Below, piece by piece: positions 9,217-18,000 of a DNA stretch of 32,000 nucleotides. The translations under genes and the position numbers were made by a program. Source of the DNA: Promethearchaeota archaeon (GTDB lineage: Archaea; Asgardarchaeota; Lokiarchaeia; Sigyniarchaeales; Promethearchaeaceae); the NCBI GenBank assembly GCA_016933055.1, contig JAFGBS010000019.1, forward strand, positions 164,675 to 196,674, given 5' to 3'. Position 1 is the first letter of the stretch, and each line of letters begins with the position of its first letter. The notes under the pieces are model-generated. The model had not been told where the DNA came from and made no database searches. It saw nothing but the letters and a program-made list of their open reading frames with translations.

Positions 9217-9432
9217 ATTCCAGGTTCGCATGGTTCACTTACAAAAGCAGGAAAAGTTCGGGGACAAACCCCTCAAGTACCTAAAACAGGCGTCAATTCT
9301 AAGAAGAAGAACATCCCACGGGTACGAAATCGAAACAATTACATAAAACGCATAGTAAAGCATAAGTATGCTGGTCAAGCTACCAGTATGGGTGCTCAAA
9401 AGCATAATCGGAAGGTATCCGTAAGTAGATAA
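9217..9432 (+). CDS. rps30e: Ribosomal protein eS30 (S30e), apparent ATT start; missed by the ORF track
   Basis: Manual translation gives (M)[70 protein letters not shown], containing the eS30 signature HGSLxxAGKVRxQTP. SD-like GGTGA at 9206-9210. In-frame stops at 9196 and 9208 limit the start to ATT 9217. Confidence 0.95.
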   Translation: MPGSHGSLTKAGKVRGQTPQVPKTGVNSKKKNIPRVRNRNNYIKRIVKHKYAGQATSMGAQKHNRKVSVSR

Positions 9433-9521
9433 TCCTTTTCTCATTTTTCCTGTAATTTCTAATTTATGATTGCGTTTTAGAAAAACCTATTTAAGTTCTT
9501 AACATATTTCTTTATTAGATT

Positions 9522-12182
9522 ATGAGCGATAGCATGCAATTGCAAATTGATACATCGAATATTATACGCCAAATAGCCTCTAAACTGCAACTGCGCCCTA
9601 CTTATATATCCAATGCCATTAGCCTAATGGCAGAAGGGGGTACCGTCCCATTCATTGCACGATACCGCAAGGAACAAACGGGTGCTATGACTGAAAATGA
9701 ACTTCGTGAAATCAAAGACTCTTATGAGGATTCTTATAAGCGAGAGGAACTACGAATCCAAGTTCTAAAATCCATTCATCTGCAGGACAAGCTCACTCCA
9801 GAACTCAAGCAGAAAATCCTTACCGCAAAAACTCTTACAGAAATAGAGGATTTATACCTCCCGTACAAACCTAAGAGAAAAACATTAGCCACGAAAGCTT
9901 TAGAGAAGGGGTTAGGTCCTCTAGCTGAAATTATACGAGAAGAGCGACTTGATGGGGACCGGGAGGAAATCTTAAATCGTTTTGTGAATGAGAAAAAAGG
10001 AGTGAAAGACACCAAGGAAGCCTTGAAAGGTGCTATCGATATTATTGCAGAAGATATTGGAAACCATGCAGATTTTCGTAAATACGTTAGGGAAGTGTGC
10101 TTTGAACGCTCCACCATAATTTCTAAAGTCGTTAAAAAATATGAACATCTTTTAAAGGAGAAACAAGAAAAAGAAGAAGATGCTGATGCAGCGGTTCTTC
10201 AAGAAATGATCCAGAAACGAGATGAATTAGAACGGCAAGGTGAAAAGGGTGAAGGGGAACAAACCAATTCCGTGCAAGAAACAGCTTCAAAAACTGAAGA
10301 AGAGGTAGATTTAAGCTCGCACGATTCCATTAAAGCATTAATTAGAAAACAAATGGAAGAGCAGAGGAAAAAAGAAGAGGAGCGGCAGAAAAAATTACAA
10401 GAAGATCTTCTCCGAAAACAGAAAAAAGAACTTAAAGCTGCAGGGCTTATCGATGATATTGAAGGGGGCACATTGGGAAAGAAGGAAGCCGATCCCTTAG
10501 TATTTGAGATGTATTTTGATTTTTCACAGAGCAGCAAGGAAATTCCCCCCCATAGAATATTAGCAATGAATCGTGGAGAAGAGGAAAAAGTTCTTACTAT
10601 TTCGTTGGAGCATCCCGATGAAGAACTGATCAATTATATGTTGAAAGAGACGATTAAGGAGGATATCTCCTTATTTAAAGAGGAGTATGTTAAAGCTGTA
10701 GACTATGGATTTAAAAGGTACATTATCCGTGCAATTGACAGAGAAATACGCTCAGATTTAACCCAAAAAGCTGAAGTGCATGCTATCTCCGTGTTTGCGA
10801 AAAATCTGGAATCTCTTCTTATGCAACCTCCGATTAAAGGGAAAAAGATCATCGGAATCGATCCTGGGTATAGAACGGGATGCAAAGTAGCGATAATTAA
10901 TGAATTTGGCAATTTCTTGGAAGACACTGTCATTTATCCGACTCCTCCAAAAAGTGCCATCGCCCAATCCAAACAAATCATTGCGGAGTTGGTAAATAAA
11001 CATAAAGCTTATACAATAGCAATTGGAAATGGGACAGCTTCCCGAGAAACCGAGGATTTCATCGCTGCTTTAGTGAATATTGAAAAACGTCTGGAATACG
11101 CGATTGTTTCTGAGGCAGGAGCATCAGTTTATTCTGCATCTGAGTTGGCATATGAAGAATTTCCCAAACTAGATGCAACTGTACGTGGTGCAATTTCAAT
11201 TGCCCGTCGTTTACAAGATCCTTTAAGTGAATTAATCAAAATTGATCCAAAAAGCATTGGAGTTGGTCTCTATCAACATGATGTGAATCAGGCAACACTA
11301 AAAAAGCAGTTAGACGCTGTAATTGAGGATTGTGTAAATAAAGTGGGAGTTCTAGTGAACAATGCTTCTTATAAATTACTTGAATACGTTTCAGGTTTAG
11401 GTACAAGACTAGCACGGCAAATTTTCGAACATCGCAATGATAAAGGTCCTTTTAGAAACCGTGAAGAACTTAAAAAAGTAACGGGATTGGGAGATAAAGC
11501 CTTTGAACAGTGTGCTGGCTTTCTCAAAGTCTTAGATGGAACTAATCCCTTGGACGGTACTAACATTCATCCCGAATCTTATTGGGTTGTGGAAAAAATT
11601 CTCGAATTTATTGGAGAGGATTTCAAAATACTTAATGATCCCTCTCGTAAGAAAGAGCTTGCTGAAAAAATCAAACAGCTTCGCCCTAAAGAATTGATGC
11701 AGTACTTGAGACAAGATATCGGTCTTCCAACACTGAAAGATATCGTAATGGGATTAATTCGACCTGACAGAGATCCCCGTGATGATCTCCCTCAACCTAT
11801 TTTGCGTAAAGACATTAAAAAATTAGAGGATTTAAAAGAGGGTGAAATTTTGAAAGGAACCGTACGAAATGTAGTTGATTTTGGTGCGTTTATCGATATC
11901 GGAGTAAAATATGACGGCTTGGTACATATTTCCCAAATGACTCATAAAGATGGTGATAGTCGATACATTTCCAATCCTTTGGAAGTGTTGAACGTAGGAG
12001 ACATAATCGATGTGAAAGTTATCAAAATTAATTTGAAGACCAATCGTATCCAACTGTCCATGAAATTGGACGATACCCTTGAGGGCCGATCAGTGAAATC
12101 CAAAACTTTTGCGCAAGATCAACTTCGTGGAGAAGCCGCCTTTGGTGGCGTGGTGGTACGTAAATCAAAACAGAAGAAATAA
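9522..12182 (+). CDS. tex: Tex family RNA-binding transcriptional accessory protein (Tex-N, YqgF-like, HhH, S1) with a roughly 115-aa charged insertion
   Basis: GGTVPFIARYRKEQTG, EDLYLPYKPKR, IGIDPGYRTGCK, VSEAGASVYSAS, SIGVGLYQHDV and the S1 domain GTVRNVVDFGAFIDIGV are canonical Tex motifs. Confidence 0.96.
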   Translation: MSDSMQLQIDTSNIIRQIASKLQLRPTYISNAISLMAEGGTVPFIARYRKEQTGAMTENELREIKDSYEDSYKREELRIQVLKSIHLQDKLTPELKQKILTAKTLTEIEDLYLPYKPKRKTLATKALEKGLGPLAEIIREERLDGDREEILNRFVNEKKGVKDTKEALKGAIDIIAEDIGNHADFRKYVREVCFERSTIISKVVKKYEHLLKEKQEKEEDADAAVLQEMIQKRDELERQGEKGEGEQTNSVQETASKTEEEVDLSSHDSIKALIRKQMEEQRKKEEERQKKLQEDLLRKQKKELKAAGLIDDIEGGTLGKKEADPLVFEMYFDFSQSSKEIPPHRILAMNRGEEEKVLTISLEHPDEELINYMLKETIKEDISLFKEEYVKAVDYGFKRYIIRAIDREIRSDLTQKAEVHAISVFAKNLESLLMQPPIKGKKIIGIDPGYRTGCKVAIINEFGNFLEDTVIYPTPPKSAIAQSKQIIAELVNKHKAYTIAIGNGTASRETEDFIAALVNIEKRLEYAIVSEAGASVYSASELAYEEFPKLDATVRGAISIARRLQDPLSELIKIDPKSIGVGLYQHDVNQATLKKQLDAVIEDCVNKVGVLVNNASYKLLEYVSGLGTRLARQIFEHRNDKGPFRNREELKKVTGLGDKAFEQCAGFLKVLDGTNPLDGTNIHPESYWVVEKILEFIGEDFKILNDPSRKKELAEKIKQLRPKELMQYLRQDIGLPTLKDIVMGLIRPDRDPRDDLPQPILRKDIKKLEDLKEGEILKGTVRNVVDFGAFIDIGVKYDGLVHISQMTHKDGDSRYISNPLEVLNVGDIIDVKVIKINLKTNRIQLSMKLDDTLEGRSVKSKTFAQDQLRGEAAFGGVVVRKSKQKK

Positions 12183-12194
12183 TACTAGAAAGGA

Positions 12195-14039
12195 TTAGTA
12201 TACTCCCCGTATTTGCAAAACGTTTCGTATTTGGCGTAACCGGTCTGAATAGAAATTCATGCTCTCCCGATCACCTATTTTTTTATAGGCATCGCTTAAT
12301 AACTCATAAATCTTTACTTTTATGAATAAGTCCTCAATTTTATCTTCGTCAATCAATTTATCAGCCACTTCCAGATAATCCCGTGACTTATATCCGCTAT
12401 TCCTGTCATAAAGATATAATTTTCCTAATTCTAAATGGCATAGTCCCAATCTTTTTTTGCTTGCCCCCTTAGTTTGACTGCCTTTCTTTAAGTATTGAAT
12501 TGCACTGGATAACGCATTGCGTTTCATTGAATAATTCGCTTTTTCGAGATAATAATTGACGATTACATTGGGAAAACGCGAACCTTCTCGTTCGATCTCT
12601 TTAAAGAGGAGATTTGCGTCCTTAAATTGATCTTGTTCTACTAGGATCCGTATGATTTTCAACTTGATATACAAGATCGCTGCTTTGTATTTGATTGAAT
12701 CCTTATTACTCAGAAAATTAACGATTATTTCGAAATGAGTTTTGGCTTGCGCATATTGTTTCATTTTCAGATAGATGTTTCCAAGTCTCTCGTGGACTTG
12801 AATTATATTCTCCATTGAAATCTGCCCTGATCGACATTGTTCTAAAGCATTTGTCAGATATCCAATTGCATCCTGCAATTTGTTTAAATCCCTAGCTATA
12901 TCTGCAAGAAGAAAAAGTACCTTTACTACACCATCTTTTTGGTTGTACCTGTTCAGTATAACCAATATTCTCCCAAGATTTTGAATAGCTTCTTGGAGTT
13001 CTCCCTTCTTAATAGATTGCATAGCATCTTCATAAAATGTTCCTACGGTGAGTTCCTCAAAACTATTTGGAGGATTCTTTAACAGTAGAGTAAGGTGCTC
13101 ATCAGGTAAATATAGTTGAAATTTGTTCAATTTTTCATGAGAAAGTGCGGGAAGTGGGATTGATGACTCTCCAAAGTCTCCTTCGAGAAGAAATTTACTT
13201 AAATTTATGTCATAATATTCTTGGGAATTAATAAAATCTGAATCCAAAACCGAAATTAGAGGGTTCAACGTCATCCTGGAAAATCGGATCCAGCTTAAAA
13301 GTAAGTCTTGCACAGGAAATGTGTCTTGAAAAATAGAGTCTAACAATAATAAGGAATAAGTCTCAAAAAAACATCGAGATTGAATGTGATATTTAACAAA
13401 ATCGCGAACATACGTGATAAAGCCTTTTTCAACGATCAGAAATTCATTCTCTTCCTCATTTGTGTAGAATAGGCAAGATTCTCGCCGAGAAGGAGGAATT
13501 CCATCACTCAATGATACTGGTTTTTTCCATGTAGGGTATAAACCCACTATGTCTAAGGATTGGGTCAATTTTTCGTGATATTGATGTTCGATGTTCTGGA
13601 ACATGGAATATTTATTCATCAAGGAAATTCGTGTCTTACTTAACCATTGTCGTTCGGTTTCATTCGGATAACTCTCCGGCATAAAAGTAGTTAGCAGTTG
13701 TAGAAAATCTTGCTGTTTAAGATGGATGGGAATGGAATGTTCCAAGGAAAGATTTTTGGAAATATGTACTAAGTTTTGTGCCAAAAAGTTAATATCTTCA
13801 ATTACTTTGTTGTTAATAAGTCGTGGGTGAAAGAAAAAAGCATTTTTAAACAAACAGATCTCAAATGGTATGTTTAATTTAACACCCATTTCAATCGGAT
13901 ATTTTACTTGCAAAGCGACAATCTGATCTTGTTCAATGGAGTATCGATATAATTGTGAGGGAGTAATTGTGTTCTTGAATCCAATATTTTCTAACAATTC
14001 CGATACTATATTTTTCTCTTGATGGGATAAGGGACGCAT
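12195..14039 (-). CDS. TPR-repeat protein with an unrecognised N-terminal domain of about 330 aa
   Basis: The C-terminal half has about 6 long TPR-like units (e.g. VHERLGNIYLKMKQYAQAKTHFE, CHLELGKLYLY, KIYELLSDAYKKIG). 28-nt gap to the upstream coiled-coil gene suggests an operon. Confidence 0.75.
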   Translation of the reverse strand: MRPLSHQEKNIVSELLENIGFKNTITPSQLYRYSIEQDQIVALQVKYPIEMGVKLNIPFEICLFKNAFFFHPRLINNKVIEDINFLAQNLVHISKNLSLEHSIPIHLKQQDFLQLLTTFMPESYPNETERQWLSKTRISLMNKYSMFQNIEHQYHEKLTQSLDIVGLYPTWKKPVSLSDGIPPSRRESCLFYTNEEENEFLIVEKGFITYVRDFVKYHIQSRCFFETYSLLLLDSIFQDTFPVQDLLLSWIRFSRMTLNPLISVLDSDFINSQEYYDINLSKFLLEGDFGESSIPLPALSHEKLNKFQLYLPDEHLTLLLKNPPNSFEELTVGTFYEDAMQSIKKGELQEAIQNLGRILVILNRYNQKDGVVKVLFLLADIARDLNKLQDAIGYLTNALEQCRSGQISMENIIQVHERLGNIYLKMKQYAQAKTHFEIIVNFLSNKDSIKYKAAILYIKLKIIRILVEQDQFKDANLLFKEIEREGSRFPNVIVNYYLEKANYSMKRNALSSAIQYLKKGSQTKGASKKRLGLCHLELGKLYLYDRNSGYKSRDYLEVADKLIDEDKIEDLFIKVKIYELLSDAYKKIGDRESMNFYSDRLRQIRNVLQIRGVY

Positions 14040-14067
14040 AAAAATTCTTCCTTGTTACGATACTTCG

Positions 14068-15444
14068 TTAAGTGTCAAGATGCAAAAGCCCCGAAACCGT
14101 CATAATCACACCTATGACAATGCACATAATTTCAATGAATTTACTGGGACTTCCCAGAAAATTATCCACGCTTAAACCGATGATTCCTAAAAATAGTAAG
14201 GTAAATCCAAAAACAATTACCACTCCCCCAAATATTTTAGCGACCTTGCGGACAAAATTTAATGTCATTTTTTGCTCAATATTCGCTTCTGCCTCTCGGA
14301 TGGTTTTTTCTACGGTTGTTAGGTTTTTTTTCAATATCGATAGGGATTGATCAGTTTTTTTTAATTTTTCTTCTGCAATTTGTCTTCTGCTTTCGGATTT
14401 GTCAAAATCTTCTTCCGATTCCTCAATTTTCTGTATTAGGAGGTTAAACTTTTTCTCTACTTGTGATAATTCTTCATTTTTCTGGTGAAGGTCTTGTTCT
14501 AGTTCATTTAATCGTTTTTTATGTTGCTCGATAAGATTATCGGTTCCTACCAACCGTTCTTGTAATTTTTGAAGTTCAGTTTTTCGTTCACGTATTTTAT
14601 CTTCTAATTCTTGAATTCTTTGCTCTTTATTTTCGAAAATTTCTTCCATTCCTTTCGTTTTTTGTTCTAAGACTTTTTTATCCTCTTCTAGTTCATCAAT
14701 TTCTTCCCGAATCGCACCTATACTTTCTGATAATTCATTATGCCTTTTTTCTTGTTCAGTAATTTTGAAATCCAATTCTTCTTTTTGTTTCTCTCGGTAT
14801 TCTAGTATTTCTATAGAAGCCTTTACTTTCGTATCATATAATTCATAATCGGATTTTGACTCTTCCATCTTTTTGATTAATTTTTCCAATTCGTCCGTTA
14901 ATCTGAGCTCTTCGTTTTTCTTTTCAGAAACTAGTTTCATCAAATCCTCGTGGTTTTTCTGTAAATTTTGATCTTCCTCAGTAACTTTCTCCAAGTCAGT
15001 GGTCTTTTGCTGTAATTCATTATTAGTAGTAACTAATCTCTTTTCTAAGAGGTCATAATTAGATTTTAATGACTCTAATGCTTCATCGGTTGTTTTTCGC
15101 TTCTCAGTTAAATGATTAACTTCCTCATCAAGAGATTTCAAATTCAACTCTTTTTGCTGCAGCAAATTTTCCAATCCGATGATTTTATCATCTAATTCCT
15201 CTAGTCGTTTTTCTTTCTCGGTAATCTCATTTTTGAGTTTATTTACTTGTTTACGTAAGCTAGCTCGAGATTCGATCAATTCTTGAGTAAGTTCCGAATC
15301 CACTGAATTAGTAGAATCGTTGTTTTCAAAGTCATCTTCGATTTCTCTAATTCCTGCATCGACAGTATCTCTGTCTTGTTTCATTTCCTCAAGATTTTTT
15401 TTAACATCCTGTAAATTCTTACCCTTCTCGTCTTGATTCGACAT
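14068..15444 (-). CDS. Long coiled-coil protein with a C-terminal two-TM hairpin anchor
   Basis: About 390 residues of E/K/L/Q-rich heptads, then IFGGVVIVFGFTLLFLGIIGLSV and FIEIMCIVIGVIMTVSGLL. No nucleotide-binding motifs. Confidence 0.8.
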   Translation of the reverse strand: MSNQDEKGKNLQDVKKNLEEMKQDRDTVDAGIREIEDDFENNDSTNSVDSELTQELIESRASLRKQVNKLKNEITEKEKRLEELDDKIIGLENLLQQKELNLKSLDEEVNHLTEKRKTTDEALESLKSNYDLLEKRLVTTNNELQQKTTDLEKVTEEDQNLQKNHEDLMKLVSEKKNEELRLTDELEKLIKKMEESKSDYELYDTKVKASIEILEYREKQKEELDFKITEQEKRHNELSESIGAIREEIDELEEDKKVLEQKTKGMEEIFENKEQRIQELEDKIRERKTELQKLQERLVGTDNLIEQHKKRLNELEQDLHQKNEELSQVEKKFNLLIQKIEESEEDFDKSESRRQIAEEKLKKTDQSLSILKKNLTTVEKTIREAEANIEQKMTLNFVRKVAKIFGGVVIVFGFTLLFLGIIGLSVDNFLGSPSKFIEIMCIVIGVIMTVSGLLHLDT

Positions 15445-15649
15445 ATTTATCCTACTGAAGATTAATTAGATGACAGCAAAGAAAATCAATGGTATTTGTA
15501 CGTTCTGTTTTCTTTAATATGTTTTTCAGAATTTTATAAATTGACTTTTTTTTTGATGTGTTTTCGATAAAAATTGGTGAATTAGAAATCAAGAAATGAT
15601 AATGGTTGGCATACAAAAAAATAATTACGAATTTCACTATTTCTATCAT

Positions 15650-16528
15650 ATGGATATTAGCGATTTTAATCGTAAACTTGCTAATTTTATTGCAGACGCC
15701 CGTTCTTTGGAAAAGACCGACCAAAAAAGAGCTAATGCTATGTGGTTGAAGATCTGTGAGTTTGCAATTGAATTTTCCAAGCAAAAAAATATAGATCGTG
15801 CTCTAAGATTAAAAATTTGGTCTCAAGTTGATCAAATATTGAAAAAAGTAAAAGGAGAAGAAACTTCATCTGAGGAATCTGTACCTGAAACTTTAACCGA
15901 ACAATCCCCCGTTCCTTTTGAAGTAGACTTCGGATTTGATTTACCCTCCGTTCCTAAAGAAGGAGATAGTGAACTTTCCCAAGAGGAAGAGAACGTTCCA
16001 TTTCATACTCCGACAACTTCCAAGGATATTGGGACAAGCTCCGAAGATGCCGAAGATAAATTACTTTATCAAGATGCAATCTCATCCAAATCCGAAGAAC
16101 GGGAATCACAAGTGCAAGTAAATAATTTTCTTGAACGTATAAAAAAGATGGAAGATGAATTAAGAAAAATGCCGGAAATCTTCAAAGAAATTCAACCACC
16201 TGATTATACTCCCGATAAATCTATTATCCCTCCCTCTTCCCCCCCTCCTCAAGTTTCAAGAGAACATTTTATTGAGTCCCCTACGTCTATTGAAAAGAAT
16301 ACCTCTATTTCGATTGAACCCGTGGAACGTCCCGATACCATTGACCCATATAAGGGAACCAAGGATACAATCGAAATCAAGGATCCATTTGGTCCTGATG
16401 CACAAGACTTGCCAGAAGAAAAAGAAGATGAATCCGATTCAAAAGGAGAAGGATTATTTTGTTACGCATGTGGTGCCTCCATTAGGGCAAAAGATAAAAA
16501 ATGTCCAAAATGTGGAGCAGAATTATAA
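15650..16528 (+). CDS. MIT-like N-terminal three-helix domain, acidic/Pro-rich linker, C-terminal C4 zinc ribbon
   Basis: Probable start ATG 15650 (MDISDFNRK; the track starts at 15596). Three amphipathic helices, disordered linker, terminal CYACG...CPKCG. Confidence 0.7.
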   Translation: MDISDFNRKLANFIADARSLEKTDQKRANAMWLKICEFAIEFSKQKNIDRALRLKIWSQVDQILKKVKGEETSSEESVPETLTEQSPVPFEVDFGFDLPSVPKEGDSELSQEEENVPFHTPTTSKDIGTSSEDAEDKLLYQDAISSKSEERESQVQVNNFLERIKKMEDELRKMPEIFKEIQPPDYTPDKSIIPPSSPPPQVSREHFIESPTSIEKNTSISIEPVERPDTIDPYKGTKDTIEIKDPFGPDAQDLPEEKEDESDSKGEGLFCYACGASIRAKDKKCPKCGAEL

Positions 16529-16533
16529 TCATT

Positions 16534-17076
16534 CTACTCCTTACTAAAGATTAAAACTTCTGTTGGTCCCACTATTTCATTTTTATAGCCCCAATATTTT
16601 ACAATTCGCTCTTTTCGTAGAATCTCAAAGTGAAGGGAGGATTGAACGGAAATAGGACTTAATCCTAAATCAAATAAATAAATGGAGTTGACATCATATT
16701 CTAATTTTTCCTTACTCATTGCCGATTCATAGGTATTTAAACCTGATTTAAGAGGTCCTTGAAATTCTAATACCCAATAGAAAAACGGTAAATATTCCGA
16801 CTTGAAATCTATCTCCGTATGGATAACTTGGGGTATAGTGATTTTTCCGTTAATTGAATTGGGCAAATCATTCATGAACGACTGCATATTAGAGGTAATA
16901 GCTTCTAATTCACTGAGATAAAATTCATCATTTTCTTTTATCTGAGAATAGTATCTGTGAGTGTCTTCCACATAGTCATATGTTAAGTACTGAAGGAAAT
17001 TTCCCCTGGCAGTTATGGTGATTATTGATGATGCAAAAATAGGGGTTAAATCAAAATCAGTTATCCCATTACTCAC
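16534..17076 (-). CDS. Conserved-looking archaeal hypothetical protein (180 aa)
   Basis: GTG start overlaps the TGA of the deacetylase gene (GTGA). Composition is protein-like, and the pattern (YDY...NMQ.F.....ING...P...GLN.YE...E..EYD) recalls uncharacterised archaeal proteins from memory only. Confidence 0.65.
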   Translation of the reverse strand: MSNGITDFDLTPIFASSIITITARGNFLQYLTYDYVEDTHRYYSQIKENDEFYLSELEAITSNMQSFMNDLPNSINGKITIPQVIHTEIDFKSEYLPFFYWVLEFQGPLKSGLNTYESAMSKEKLEYDVNSIYLFDLGLSPISVQSSLHFEILRKERIVKYWGYKNEIVGPTEVLIFSKE

Positions 17077-17882
17077 TCGATCTCTCCCTCAGGTTCTAAT
17101 TTTAGTTGTAATTGACCGGGGGTAGGTATAAAATGCCCTTCCTTATACCCAATGGGACGATCTTTAAACAATCTAAAGACAAATTTTGCAAATCCTTGAG
17201 GATAATGGTTACTGTAATTAAATGTAACTTTTCGGAAGCCCTCGGATTTTCTTCCTCCTGCAACTGTTATCAATCTAAAAGGATACAAAAATCGTTGAAT
17301 ATTGCCATAAATCTTCACAGTTCGCTCCGTCCATTGACTTCTGTGAGCAATACGTGCACAAAACACGGTTTTGGGATTTAAAATCGGAATAAAAAAATTT
17401 GGCATTAAGGACTGGAAAAATAGCATTAATTTCGGACGCTTTTTCGGGTCCATCCATTTCAATGCATAATAATAGTTTCTCCCCGTAGCTAAATGATCTA
17501 CATGGGCATCATGGTGAACAAATGGATCCGGACCGAGAATGACATCGGGATTAATTTTCTGGATAAACATTTGTAGTCTCTCGACAGATTTTATCGTGAA
17601 TGGAGCAAATCCGTCAATATAATTTGCCCAATGCAATTGTAGGAGAGCATTACCATTGTTATCGACACCATAACATCTAGAAGCGCGTATCATCTCTGCT
17701 TTGCGAATTGCCTTAATACGTTTTCCTTTGAAGTCGTTTCTCGTAGTACCATATTCATCTGTAGTCATTAATAATTCATGAACATTCCATCCCGCATTGA
17801 CCGATTGTGCGCAGAATTCTCCGCACATAATATCTCCGTCATCGGGATGTGGACATATGATTAATGCTGTCGGTTTTTTCAT
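17073..17882 (-). CDS. PIG-L/LmbE family metal-dependent N-acetylglucosamine deacetylase
   Basis: CPHPDDGD (HPDD), MTTDEYG, IRKAEMIRA, DAHVDH second metal motif, AHRSQ. Confidence 0.9.
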   Translation of the reverse strand: MKKPTALIICPHPDDGDIMCGEFCAQSVNAGWNVHELLMTTDEYGTTRNDFKGKRIKAIRKAEMIRASRCYGVDNNGNALLQLHWANYIDGFAPFTIKSVERLQMFIQKINPDVILGPDPFVHHDAHVDHLATGRNYYYALKWMDPKKRPKLMLFFQSLMPNFFIPILNPKTVFCARIAHRSQWTERTVKIYGNIQRFLYPFRLITVAGGRKSEGFRKVTFNYSNHYPQGFAKFVFRLFKDRPIGYKEGHFIPTPGQLQLKLEPEGEIE

Positions 17883-18000
17883 TTCAATTCTCCTTGGTTG
17901 TTATTTTTGTGCAAGTTCTTGATATATGTTTCTTTCATTTGATTGCAGAGCTAAACTTTTATCAATAGTCTCGATGTATCAAAACCAAGGATTGGGTGTT

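Noticed and set aside
9235-9444. 69-aa minus-strand ORF in the track
   Set aside because: It is the antisense shadow of the eS30 gene, whose plus-strand translation has an unmistakable family signature.
9776-11714. Several minus-strand ORFs (113, 144, 76, 81, 65, 60 aa) within Tex
   Set aside because: Antisense shadows. The S/F-rich 144-aa ORF is the complement of the E/K-rich insertion.
14068-15444. SMC/Rad50 or methyl-accepting chemotaxis call for the coiled-coil protein
   Set aside because: No Walker A/B, signature motif, hinge, zinc hook or MCP signalling hairpin. It has terminal TM helices instead.
15452-15784. 110-aa minus-strand ORF across the divergent promoter
   Set aside because: Overlaps the start of the MIT-like gene in antisense and covers AT-rich promoter DNA, with no recognisable motif.
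17073-17882. Evidence for eukaryote-type GPI anchor synthesis
   Set aside because: The PIG-L/LmbE family is widespread in prokaryotes, and no other GPI-pathway gene or TM anchor is seen here.
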